From positions 32,001 to 96,000 of the IMG/VR virus record IMGVR_UViG_3300046660_000385: a stretch of DNA of 64,000 nucleotides. One strand, given 5' to 3'. How positions within the stretch are numbered: position 1 is the stretch's first letter; every line of letters starts with the position of its first letter. The notes below the pieces were generated by a model that was not told where the DNA came from, searched no databases, and saw nothing but the letters and a program-made list of their open reading frames with translations. The translations under genes and the position numbers were made by a program. Below, piece after piece: positions 1 to 7,880 of the stretch. Source of the stretch: a virus.

Positions 1-49
1 TTACCAAGCGCAGCAGCTCGGCCAGCGGGTCTTGCGGTGTCGTTGTCAT
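1..49 (-). CDS. 5' end of hypothetical protein (MTTTPQDPLAELLRLV...), runs off window
   Basis: ATG at 49-47 with AGGAG at 60-56, downstream of repeat copy 1. Confidence 0.6.
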   Translation of the reverse strand, partial: MTTTPQDPLAELLRLV

Positions 50-55
50 GGCATC

Positions 56-113
56 CTCCTGTAGTCGGGACCATTCCCGCCTGAGCGCCCCCTTGCGGAG
101 ACGCTGAGACTGG
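56..113 (-). repeat. Intergenic two-hairpin+RBS element, copy 1
   Basis: Minus strand CCAG-TCTCAGCGTCTCC-GCAA-GGGGGCGCTCAGG-CGGGA-ATGG-TCCCG-actac-AGGAG. Confidence 0.85.
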
Positions 114-118
114 CATGG

Positions 119-565
119 TCAGGGTTGCGGCACCGGCAGCACGACCACTTCGGCCCAGTAGCCGGTGGCGCGCGCCTTGGCCTCCTCCTTCATGGCCAGA
201 TCCGGCCTGCCGCACCATGTCAGCGCCCCCAGGGTGTCGAACACGCCCTTGGCGCGGCGCTCCTCGACCCTGGCCCTGGCCTGCTCGCCCTGTTCATCCG
301 CGAACTGCTCGCGGGTGAGGCTGGCGGCGTGCTCGTAAAGCGCCAGGGTTTCGGGCGTGATGTCCTTGTAGACGCGGGTTTGCGGGTTGGCCTCGCGCAC
401 GAAGAACGGGTGATCGTCCCAGGCCCGCTCGCGCGCCATAAGGATCTGCGATTTCAGTTCGGCCTCGTAGTCGCGGCGCACCAGCACGAGGTGGGTGTAG
501 ATACGTTCGGTCCTGCGGGTGTACTCGACCCCGTTGTGGACCACGCGGTAGGTTTTCATCGGCAT
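119..565 (-). CDS. Hypothetical protein (MPMKTYRVVHNG...)
   Basis: ORF 119..622 trimmed to the ATG 8 nt after AGGAG (578-574). Confidence 0.8.
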   Translation of the reverse strand: MPMKTYRVVHNGVEYTRRTERIYTHLVLVRRDYEAELKSQILMARERAWDDHPFFVREANPQTRVYKDITPETLALYEHAASLTREQFADEQGEQARARVEERRAKGVFDTLGALTWCGRPDLAMKEEAKARATGYWAEVVVLPVPQP

Positions 566-573
566 GCTCGGCT

Positions 574-636
574 CTCCTGCAGGTAATCGGGGACGGCCCC
601 CGCCTGAGCGCCCTGCGTACAAGGCGCTCAGACTGG
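574..636 (-). repeat. Intergenic two-hairpin+RBS element, copy 2
   Basis: Minus strand CCAG-TCTGAGCGCCTTG-TACG-CAGGGCGCTCAGG-CGGGG-GCCGT-CCCCG...AGGAG. Confidence 0.85.
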
Positions 637-637
637 T

Positions 638-1048
638 TCAGTCGTCGGCACGGTCCTTGTCGTGATCGAGCTGCTCCATGATCTCGTCGGCCTCGTCCGT
701 GACCACCTGTGCCATGTCCTCGAACGCCTGGACGGCAGCTTCCGGCGATTCGGGTTCGATCAAGTCAAGGGTCCTAGTGGGTGCGGCGCAACTGTCGGGG
801 ATGCTCATCGTGAGCATGATCGCCCGGACGTTGCCGGTCTCGACGCCCTTCAGCTCATCGCTGTGACGCCACGTTCCGTCGTGCAGCAGGACGGAGACAG
901 CCGCGCCGCAGCCGTACTTGTCCACGGCGCGCCCGAACTCGGCCACGGTCTCGCACCCGGTGTGGGCAAGGATTGACTTCAAGTTCTCGTAAATCGCGGT
1001 GCCGGTAGCGGCGTCCTCCTCCATCTTGAAATACTCTTTCTCGTTCAT
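638..1048 (-). CDS. Hypothetical acidic protein (MNEKEYF...)
   Basis: ATG at 1048 after AGGAG (1059-1055). Confidence 0.8.
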   Translation of the reverse strand: MNEKEYFKMEEDAATGTAIYENLKSILAHTGCETVAEFGRAVDKYGCGAAVSVLLHDGTWRHSDELKGVETGNVRAIMLTMSIPDSCAAPTRTLDLIEPESPEAAVQAFEDMAQVVTDEADEIMEQLDHDKDRADD

Positions 1049-1054
1049 GCCGTG

Positions 1055-1118
1055 CTCCTGTGTGGTTGCCGGGAATAGCCCCGCGTCAGCACCCGGTATG
1101 CCCAGGCGCTGACACTGG
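1055..1118 (-). repeat. Intergenic two-hairpin+RBS element, copy 3
   Basis: Minus strand CCAG-TGTCAGCGCCTGG-GCATA-CCGGGTGCTGACG-CGGGG-CTAT-TCCCG...AGGAG. Confidence 0.85.
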
Positions 1119-1119
1119 T

Positions 1120-2100
1120 TCAGTCGCGGTCCTGTTCGATCTGGTGCTCGACCCATTGCCAGTAGCCCAGGAGCGTGTTGTCCTCGGCCACATCGTGCCG
1201 CCAGTCACGGCGCAGGTACTGCGGATGCTCGCCGTTGTCGCGCTTGGTGGCGTACTTCTGGAACAACTGGTCGGCGGTCAGTTGGTGGTCGGCAATCGCC
1301 AGCTCGGGCGGGTAGGAGTCGGGCAGATCGGCCCTGGACAGGTCGGCCGCGATCTCGAACACGTTGGTGTCGCGCTCGATCACGAAGCCCACGCCGTTGT
1401 GCTCGACCATGCCCTGCTCGCGCATGTACTCGTAGACGCGGGTGGCCAGCTCGTACGATCCCTCATGGCCCAGCCAGCCCTCGACGGCGCGGATCACTTC
1501 CTCGCGCGTGGTGTAGACCGGCTCGTCCGGGTCGATCTCGTACTGGTCCTCGTCGATCAGTTCCTCCAAGTTCAGCACGACAGAGACCTCCGACGGCTCG
1601 AAGGCCAGGGTGATGCAGTTCTCGACGTCGTAGTCGATGGCGGTGATGGTGCCGATGGCGTTCTCGCCGGTATGGCGCTCGCCGTGGTCGGTGTCGGACG
1701 TTTCGCCGTTGATCGACAGCACGCGGGTGCCGACTTGGATGCGCCCGCGGATCTCCTCGTACTTCGGGTGCTCGTTGATGAAGGAGCGGGTGCCCAGCTT
1801 CGCCAGCTTGTCGTAGATGCCGCTGATGAAGTCCACGCAGTCGCCGCCGTTGACAGGCGTATCGTCGTCGCCGAACCCAAGCTGGGTCAGGCCCAGGATG
1901 ACCGCGTCGATGGTGTCGCGGGCGGCGCGAAGCCCCGTGTCATCCTCCGCGATCAGGTGATTGTGGGAGACGGTGACGGTGGCCGGGATCATGCCCGACT
2001 CGGCGGCGTCTCCCGCGCGCAGGACGATCTCGTCGCGCGCTGCAGCCGCCTTTCCGAAGGTCGGCGCGGTGATGAAGGTGGTGAAGCGGTATTCAGTCAT
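1120..2100 (-). CDS. Hypothetical multi-domain acidic protein, 326 aa
   Basis: ORF with AAGGAG RBS and GC3-rich codons. Confidence 0.85.
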   Translation of the reverse strand: MTEYRFTTFITAPTFGKAAAARDEIVLRAGDAAESGMIPATVTVSHNHLIAEDDTGLRAARDTIDAVILGLTQLGFGDDDTPVNGGDCVDFISGIYDKLAKLGTRSFINEHPKYEEIRGRIQVGTRVLSINGETSDTDHGERHTGENAIGTITAIDYDVENCITLAFEPSEVSVVLNLEELIDEDQYEIDPDEPVYTTREEVIRAVEGWLGHEGSYELATRVYEYMREQGMVEHNGVGFVIERDTNVFEIAADLSRADLPDSYPPELAIADHQLTADQLFQKYATKRDNGEHPQYLRRDWRHDVAEDNTLLGYWQWVEHQIEQDRD

Positions 2101-2106
2101 GATCTG

Positions 2107-2170
2107 CTCCTTTCAGTGGTGGCCGGGACGATCCCCGCGTCAGCGCCCCGGACAGAGGCGCTGACACTGG
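2107..2170 (-). repeat. Intergenic two-hairpin+RBS element, copy 4
   Basis: Minus strand CCAG-TGTCAGCGCCTC-TGTCC-GGGGCGCTGACG-CGGGG-ATCG-TCCCG...AGGAG. Confidence 0.85.
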
Positions 2171-2175
2171 TGCCG

Positions 2176-2379
2176 TCAGGCCGGGTTGCCCTTGAGCTTC
2201 ACATGGGCCAGCAGGTAGCCGGTGGGCGAGCCTTCAAGGATCGCCAGGGTGCCAAAGCGCGTCGTGACGCTGCGCTCGAAGATGCCCTCGGTGCGGAACT
2301 TGCCGGTATCGACGACAACCGCCTTGCCGCAGAAGGGGTGGCGGTACTGGTCAGGATAGGTTTCGCGGTGCGATTTCAT
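2176..2379 (-). CDS. Hypothetical protein, 67 aa
   Basis: ORF with GAGGAG RBS directly after radC. Confidence 0.75.
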   Translation of the reverse strand: MKSHRETYPDQYRHPFCGKAVVVDTGKFRTEGIFERSVTTRFGTLAILEGSPTGYLLAHVKLKGNPA

Positions 2380-2396
2380 GGTGGATCTCCTCTCAG

Positions 2397-2891
2397 TCAG
2401 ATAAGACCGTGTTCGGCCATCGAATACGACGCGGAAGCGGTGGCGATGATGTGGTCCAGCACGCGGACGTCGATCAGCGCCAGGGTCTGTGACAGCGTGC
2501 GGGTCAGCAGCTTGTCGGCCTCGCTCGGCTCGATGTGCCCCGACGGGTGGTTATGCGCCAGCAGGACCGCAGCCGCGTTGTAGTGCAGCGTGGCCTTGAC
2601 CACCTCACGCGGGTGGATGCTGGTCTGCGTCAGGGTGCCCCGGAACATTTCCTCCCGCGCGATCAGGCGGTGCTGCGGGTCGAGGAACAGCACCAGAAAG
2701 ACCTCATGCTCCAGCTCCCCCACGTAGAGGCGCACATAGTTGCGCGCCGTGGCCGGGCTGGTCATCAGCTCGCCGGGTGCGCGCATGCGGTTCGACAGGA
2801 TCGACAGGGCGCGGCGGATGGTCGCATCCTCGCGCTGCCGGCGTGTATCAACGCGCGGCTCTGGTTTCAGCTGCACTACCTGGGCGTTCAT
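2397..2891 (-). CDS. radC: RadC-family JAB/MPN domain protein
   Basis: [37 protein letters not shown] and VLDHII motifs; ATG 2891 with GGAG. Confidence 0.93.
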   Translation of the reverse strand: MNAQVVQLKPEPRVDTRRQREDATIRRALSILSNRMRAPGELMTSPATARNYVRLYVGELEHEVFLVLFLDPQHRLIAREEMFRGTLTQTSIHPREVVKATLHYNAAAVLLAHNHPSGHIEPSEADKLLTRTLSQTLALIDVRVLDHIIATASASYSMAEHGLI

Positions 2892-2948
2892 AAGTTGGCT
2901 CCGTTCAAGTGGAAGGGGAAACGAGGGCGCACAGACCCACATGGATAG

Positions 2949-2971
2949 TATATAGCATGATGCTATATATG
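2949..2971. promoter_or_regulatory. AT-rich perfect palindrome, putative operator between divergent radC and terS
   Basis: TATATAGCAT-G-ATGCTATATA at 2949-2969. Confidence 0.6.
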
Positions 2972-3013
2972 TGCACACAATAGGCGCTCCCTCGCGCACA
3001 AAGGACAGCTCGA

Positions 3014-3559
3014 ATGACCACTCAATATGATTTCGCCGCTGCGGAGGTCGACTACGCGGCAGGCGGGTACAGCATCAACGCCCTGGCCACGAAGCACAGC
3101 ATCCCCGAACCCACCTTGCGGCGCTACGCCAAGAAGCAGGGCTGGATCAAAGGGACCAGTGATGTTAAGCGGGAACTTGTACGGGAAGCAATGGCTGGCG
3201 TACCTGTTGACGAACAGGTGACGAACGGAATGACGAGCGACGAACAGATTCGTCAAGTGCAGATCGACGAGGCCACCCAGGACGTGCGGGACATGACGAC
3301 CGGCTTGGCCGTGGCACGCAAGGCGATGGACAAGCTGCTGACGATGGTGGACAGCGTCGATCAGCCCAAAGATGTCAAAACGATTGTCGAGGCGAACAAA
3401 CTGGCCGTCGAGACGATCCGCAAGATCCGCGAGCTGGACGACCCGGAGGACAGCAGCACCAACGTGACCGTGGCGGTGTCGGATGGATTCGACGAGCTGC
3501 GTGCCGCGTTCAAGAAGCGCCTGCAACAGGCCGTAGGGACCAATGCTGACCCTGCCTGA
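3014..3559 (+). CDS. terS: Terminase small subunit (putative)
   Basis: N-terminal HTH ([25 protein letters not shown]), helical body, overlaps terL start. Confidence 0.75.
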   Translation: MTTQYDFAAAEVDYAAGGYSINALATKHSIPEPTLRRYAKKQGWIKGTSDVKRELVREAMAGVPVDEQVTNGMTSDEQIRQVQIDEATQDVRDMTTGLAVARKAMDKLLTMVDSVDQPKDVKTIVEANKLAVETIRKIRELDDPEDSSTNVTVAVSDGFDELRAAFKKRLQQAVGTNADPA

Positions 3560-5159
3560 CGAGATCCGCGCCGCCCTGCACGCGGCCCCGTTCGACACGG
3601 TGGCCGACCTGTGGGAGGTGATCGAGAGCCAGTACGGCATGGACGGCAAGGCGTGGCTGGGCAGGAACGACCGCTTCTATTTGCTGACGCGCCTGCTGCA
3701 CCGGCTCGACGCCATCCACCCCTGGATCTACGCACGCTGCCGCGAGGTCGAAACTGAACCGGACGGTGTTCTTGATCTTTGGGCAAGGGAACATTATAAG
3801 AGTACGGTTATTACATTTGCGGGCATTATTCAGGAAATTATTGTCAATCCAGAGATCACGATAGGCATTTTTTCCCACACTAAGCCGGTGGCGAGAAAGT
3901 TCCTATTGCAGATCAAGCAGGAGCTTGAGGCCAACCGGGAATTGCAGGCCACCTACCCCGACGTGCTGTACCCCGACCCACGCGGCCAGTCGCCAAAGTG
4001 GAGCGAAGAAAAAGGCATCGTGGTGAAAAGGCGCTCGAATCCCAAGGAAGCGACTGTCGAAAGCCACGGTCTTGTCGATGGGCAACCCACCGGCGCACAC
4101 TTTTTACTGCGCGTGTATGACGACGTGGTGACGAGGGAGTCCGTCAGCACCCCGGATCAGGTCAACAAAACGACCACGGCCTGGGAACTCTCGGACAACC
4201 TGGGCGCCAGGGGCGAGGACGGCAAGATCCGCGCGTGGCACGTCGGGACGCGCTACTCGTTCATGGACACCTATCAGGAGATCATCGACAGGCGCATCCT
4301 CAAGGTGCGGCTGTACCCGGCCACCGCTGACGGCACGCCCGACGGCAAGCCGGTGTTCCTGACCCAGGAAGCGTGGGAAGCGAAGAAACTGGCCCAGGGG
4401 CCGGCGACGATCGCGTGCCAACAACTGATGAATCCTGCCGCAGGGAATGAAAGCATGTTCAAGAAGGAGTGGCTATCCTTCCTCGACATTCGACCCGCCA
4501 CCTTGAACGTGTACATCATGGTGGACCCGGCCAATTCCAAAAAGAAGGGGTCGGACAACACCGCAATGGCCGTGGTCGGCGTCGATAGCGGCAACAACCG
4601 CTATTTATTGGACGGCTACAGACACAAAATGGGCCTGCGCGAGCGTTGGGAAGCGTTGAAGGGCCTGCGCCGGTACTGGATGTCCCAGCCTGGGGTCCAG
4701 GCCGTGCACGTCGGCTATGAGCGGTACGGTCTCCAGTCGGATCTCGAATACTTCGAGGAGCAGATGACCCGTGAGAAGGAGGCGTTCGAGATCGTCGAGC
4801 TGGCCTGGACTTCCGACGGAGCGCAATCGAAAGACGACCGCGTCCAGAGGTTGCAGCCCGACTTCATCAGCCGCCGTTTCTATTTGGCCGCCGTGGTCCA
4901 GGGCGAGACCGCGAACCAAAAGAGAATCCGCGAGCAGGGACAACCCTTCCGAATCTTCAAGCCTGTGACCAGGCGCGACCACGAAGGGAACATGTACAGT
5001 CTCAACAAAGGCTTTTTGGAAGAATATCTGACCTATCCTTTCAGTGCGAAGAAGGATCTGATCGACGCGACCTCCCGCCTGTACGACATGTCGCCGGTCC
5101 CGCCGATCATCATCGACGAGCGTGCGCTCGAACCCGAAACCTTCGCGGACGGGGTGTGA
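3543..5159 (+). CDS. terL: Terminase large subunit
   Basis: Walker A-like AREHYKST, Walker B LRVYDD, coupling motif VGTRY, RNase H nuclease VDPA...SDNTA and KDLIDA. Confidence 0.9.
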   Translation: MLTLPDEIRAALHAAPFDTVADLWEVIESQYGMDGKAWLGRNDRFYLLTRLLHRLDAIHPWIYARCREVETEPDGVLDLWAREHYKSTVITFAGIIQEIIVNPEITIGIFSHTKPVARKFLLQIKQELEANRELQATYPDVLYPDPRGQSPKWSEEKGIVVKRRSNPKEATVESHGLVDGQPTGAHFLLRVYDDVVTRESVSTPDQVNKTTTAWELSDNLGARGEDGKIRAWHVGTRYSFMDTYQEIIDRRILKVRLYPATADGTPDGKPVFLTQEAWEAKKLAQGPATIACQQLMNPAAGNESMFKKEWLSFLDIRPATLNVYIMVDPANSKKKGSDNTAMAVVGVDSGNNRYLLDGYRHKMGLRERWEALKGLRRYWMSQPGVQAVHVGYERYGLQSDLEYFEEQMTREKEAFEIVELAWTSDGAQSKDDRVQRLQPDFISRRFYLAAVVQGETANQKRIREQGQPFRIFKPVTRRDHEGNMYSLNKGFLEEYLTYPFSAKKDLIDATSRLYDMSPVPPIIIDERALEPETFADGV

Positions 5160-5347
5160 CGATGCGGATCACGACGCGCAAGTTCCATGAGTTCGGTGGC
5201 CTGACCTTCTACCAGATGCGCCTGGGCGACTTCGGGATCGAGCTGATGGTGACTGCCAAGCAGATGGAGTTCGGTCGCCACGTCGTCGCACGGCTGCTGT
5301 GGAAAGCCAGGGCGGATCTGCGCCGGGTGGCTGCACCACAAGGGTAG
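5156..5347 (+). CDS. Hypothetical protein, 63 aa
   Basis: GTGA overlap with terL stop. Confidence 0.55.
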   Translation: MTMRITTRKFHEFGGLTFYQMRLGDFGIELMVTAKQMEFGRHVVARLLWKARADLRRVAAPQG

Positions 5348-5354
5348 AACCATG

Positions 5355-5450
5355 TGTTACGGGGCGCAGGCCTGACCTCGACCAGTAACAATAGGATGGT
5401 GTCCCGCCTAGCTTGACACTATGCGTCTGTGGTCTACACTCTAGTGGTAC
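5355..5450 (+). promoter_or_regulatory. Putative res site overlapping the sigma70 promoter of the resolvase
   Basis: Inverted TGT..ACA pairs (TGTTAC 5355 / GTAACA 5385; TGTC 5400 / GACA 5415); TTGACA 5413-5418, 16 nt, TACACT 5435-5440. Confidence 0.6.
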
Positions 5451-5473
5451 ACAACCACCACGGAGGGCAGGCC

Positions 5474-6046
5474 ATGAGCAAGGGACCAGGGAAGCGGATC
5501 GGGTATGTGCGGGTATCGACGACCGACCAGAACACGGAGAGGCAGCTTGACGGGATCGAGCTGGACAAGACGTTCGAGGACAAGTGCAGCGGCAGCACGA
5601 CCAACAGGCCGGCATTGAAGGCGATGCTCGACTACGTGAGGGACGGCGACACGCTCTACGTCCACTCGCTGGACCGCCTGGGCCGCAACCTGCACGACCT
5701 GCTGCTGATGGTGGCCCGCCTGACCGATGACGGCGTGACGGTCATCTTCGTCAAGCAGAACCTGACCTTCTCGGGCGAACCCAACCCGATGAACGACCTG
5801 ATGCTCGGCCTGCTCGGTGCCGTGGCGCAGTTCGAGAGGGCCATGATCCGCGAGCGCCAGGCCGAAGGGATCGCCATCGCCAAGAGGAAGGGCGTGTACA
5901 AGGGCAGGAAGCCCACGCTCGACGACGCCACGGTGCAGGAGCTGCGCCTGCGCGCTGCCGACCCCGCGATCTCCAAGGCCGCGCTGGCCAGGGAGTACGG
6001 CATCAGCCGCATGACCATGTACCGCTACCTCGACGGCCACGCCTAA
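5474..6046 (+). CDS. Small serine recombinase (resolvase/invertase) with C-terminal HTH
   Basis: GYVRVSTTDQN catalytic Ser motif, SLDRLGR, FERAMIRERQAEGIA..AK..G.YKGRKP, HTH ALAREYGISRMTMYRYL. Confidence 0.95.
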   Translation: MSKGPGKRIGYVRVSTTDQNTERQLDGIELDKTFEDKCSGSTTNRPALKAMLDYVRDGDTLYVHSLDRLGRNLHDLLLMVARLTDDGVTVIFVKQNLTFSGEPNPMNDLMLGLLGAVAQFERAMIRERQAEGIAIAKRKGVYKGRKPTLDDATVQELRLRAADPAISKAALAREYGISRMTMYRYLDGHA

Positions 6047-6085
6047 CGGGCGCTATACTGGACTGGCCAACTGTGGAGGGGGGCC

Positions 6086-6120
6086 AACGCCTCCGGTGCC
6101 GAAAGGTGCCGGGGGCGTTT
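6086..6120. terminator. Hairpin between convergent genes, probable terminator
   Basis: AACGCCTCCGGTGCC-GAAA-GGTGCCGGGGGCGTTT. Confidence 0.6.
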
Positions 6121-6273
6121 CTACGTCCGCTCGTCCCGGCCCGGCTTGACCATTGCCACGTAGGGCCTGAGCGCAGCGGTGTACTCGCCCGGCCTGCGGT
6201 AGTACCGGCTGCGCCAGTGGGCACCGTACAGCTTGCCGGCGTAGTAGCCCTCACGCTGGCGGCGGCTAGTCAT
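6121..6273 (-). CDS. Small basic protein, 50 aa (MTSRRQREGYYAGK...), absent from ORF track
   Basis: Manual translation; start overlaps upstream stop; N-terminus resembles the upstream gene. Confidence 0.55.
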   Translation of the reverse strand: MTSRRQREGYYAGKLYGAHWRSRYYRRPGEYTAALRPYVAMVKPGRDERT

Positions 6274-6526
6274 CGGCATCGGCCCGGTCGATCACCACCT
6301 CGGCGGTCATGCCCTTGCTGCGGTAGCGGATGCGCAGCGGCAGGATCGGCGGCACCGGACTGCGGGCGTTCATGGTCATCCAGGCGATCCCGTTGTCGGG
6401 GAACGGCAGGAAGGGCGGGAACAGCTCCTCACCGCCGACCATCAGGGCAGGCACCAGAGCACGACGACGGACATGCTTGCCGGCCCAGGTGCCGGCGTAC
6501 CGGCCCTCTCTCTGGTTGCGGCTCAT
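6266..6526 (-). CDS. Hypothetical protein (MSRNQREGRYAG...)
   Basis: ATGA overlap with upstream gene. Confidence 0.65.
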   Translation of the reverse strand: MSRNQREGRYAGTWAGKHVRRRALVPALMVGGEELFPPFLPFPDNGIAWMTMNARSPVPPILPLRIRYRSKGMTAEVVIDRADADD

Positions 6527-6780
6527 GGCCATAGCCTCTTGAAGTGGTCGGTGCGGCGGTAGGTCCGTGCCGTCAGGTCGTACGCTGCATTGCCCGGCGC
6601 GTAGTCGAGGTACAGGTTCAGGTCGAGGCTGGCCTGGGGCATCGACAGGCCGAAGAAGTCGACCAGCACGCCACGGTTGATGTTGCCGTAGGTCGCCAGC
6701 ATGCACTCGACGAACTGTAGCCGCATCAGCAGGGCAGGGCGCAGGGTCGACAGCTCCGCCAACGGTGTGGTCCTGCTCAT
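6523..6780 (-). CDS. Stand-alone winged-HTH protein resembling the N-terminal domain of CapW-type WYL regulators
   Basis: RLQFVE...G.INR..LVDFFGLSMPQASLDL..Y...APGN..YD...RTY.....FK pattern; no WYL domain follows. Confidence 0.8.
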   Translation of the reverse strand: MSRTTPLAELSTLRPALLMRLQFVECMLATYGNINRGVLVDFFGLSMPQASLDLNLYLDYAPGNAAYDLTARTYRRTDHFKRLWP

Positions 6781-6965
6781 TCCGGTGTCCTCGGTTCGGC
6801 GTGGAACGTGTGCTTGCAGTGCGGGCAGGTGTAGACCACCAGGTTAAAGAACGGCATGACCTCGGCAGCATCGGGATGGCTCCACTGGTAGTGGTCCCGT
6901 TCCTCGTGCTGCATCGGCTGCTCCGGCGTGCAGAAGCGGCGTGGCAGGGCGCTGTAGTACATCAT
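6777..6965 (-). CDS. Small protein with CPHC motif, possible Zn ribbon
   Basis: MMYYSALP...YTCPHCKHTF; overlapping start/stop chain. Confidence 0.65.
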   Translation of the reverse strand: MMYYSALPRRFCTPEQPMQHEERDHYQWSHPDAAEVMPFFNLVVYTCPHCKHTFHAEPRTPE

Positions 6966-7219
6966 CCCTCGTCCTCGTCGCCGCCCCGCTTGACCACCCA
7001 CTCGGCCCGGCCAACGTACTCCATGTCGTCCCAGGTGGCGCGGTAGTAGGCCTGTCCTCCCAGCTGGCCGTTCTCGCCGGTCATCTGGACGTAGCCCTGC
7101 GCTCCCCACGGCTTCGGCTCGGTGACGGTCATCATGCAGCAGGCGAACATCGGGTTGCCGACGTCGGGCGAGAGTTGGACCACATCGCCCTCCTTGAGCT
7201 GGCGTTCGTCCGGCGTCAT
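6962..7219 (-). CDS. Hypothetical phage protein (MTPDERQLKEGDVVQL...)
   Basis: ATGA coupling; GC3-rich codons. Confidence 0.75.
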   Translation of the reverse strand: MTPDERQLKEGDVVQLSPDVGNPMFACCMMTVTEPKPWGAQGYVQMTGENGQLGGQAYYRATWDDMEYVGRAEWVVKRGGDEDEG

Positions 7220-7455
7220 GCGGTGCGCTCCTTGAGCGCGACGATCACATCTGACAGCACGCTGTGCAGCCACTTGATCTCCAGCCGCGGGTCGATGTCG
7301 AACAGGTCGACCAACCCCGACTTCGCACCGCGCTCGTCCAGCGTGGCTTGCAGGTGGCGGATGATGTCGGCGTCGGTCCTCAGATACATCTTGGCCGTCC
7401 ATTCCCGCAGTGCGGCGATCCTCTCGGGGGTGATCTCGATGTCAAGGTCGGTCAT
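7216..7455 (-). CDS. Hypothetical protein, 79 aa
   Basis: ORF in coupled leftward operon. Confidence 0.7.
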   Translation of the reverse strand: MTDLDIEITPERIAALREWTAKMYLRTDADIIRHLQATLDERGAKSGLVDLFDIDPRLEIKWLHSVLSDVIVALKERTA

Positions 7456-7458
7456 GGT

Positions 7459-7596
7459 CTAACTCCAGATAGTGTAGAGGCCGCCGATCATGCCGATGAT
7501 GCACAGCACACCATAGACAGGTTCGGCGAAGGCAATCGCGCAGCAGGCTGCGCAGCAGGCCACGCTGGCGATGGCGCGGGCGGTCGGGTTGCTCAT
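7459..7596 (-). CDS. Small Cys-rich membrane peptide, 45 aa (MSNPTARAIASVACCAACC...)
   Basis: Manual translation; ATGA overlap; hydrophobic. Confidence 0.55.
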   Translation of the reverse strand: MSNPTARAIASVACCAACCAIAFAEPVYGVLCIIGMIGGLYTIWS

Positions 7597-7880
7597 GGCC
7601 GGATACCTCGCACTGGCTGGTCGTCGAACGGGATCGGCTTGCCCACCTCGGCCTCGTCGAGACGGCGGATCGGCACGAACACGTCGAAGTGCTGCTCGTC
7701 CTCGGGGTGCCTGATCGCTTCGAGGAACACGTTGGCGAACTTGGTGCGCCAGTGGATGAACACGCCGCGCTCATCGTTCCAGCGTGCGACGGTGGCATTG
7801 CGGCAGCGCCCCTCATAGTAGGCGCCGTCGACCAGATCGGCCCTGGCGATGATGGTGCGGGTAGCGTGGGGGTGAATCAT
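7593..7880 (-). CDS. Hypothetical phage protein (MIHPHATR...YYEGRCRNATVARW)
   Basis: ATGA coupling with the HAD gene. Confidence 0.75.
   Translation of the reverse strand: MIHPHATRTIIARADLVDGAYYEGRCRNATVARWNDERGVFIHWRTKFANVFLEAIRHPEDEQHFDVFVPIRRLDEAEVGKPIPFDDQPVRGIRP

Noticed and set aside
56-2170. Repeats as integron attC sites, CRISPR repeats, terminators or hammerhead ribozymes
   Set aside because: No consistent RYYYAAC/GTTRRRY ends; spacers are whole genes; no U-tract; no CUGANGA/GAAA core
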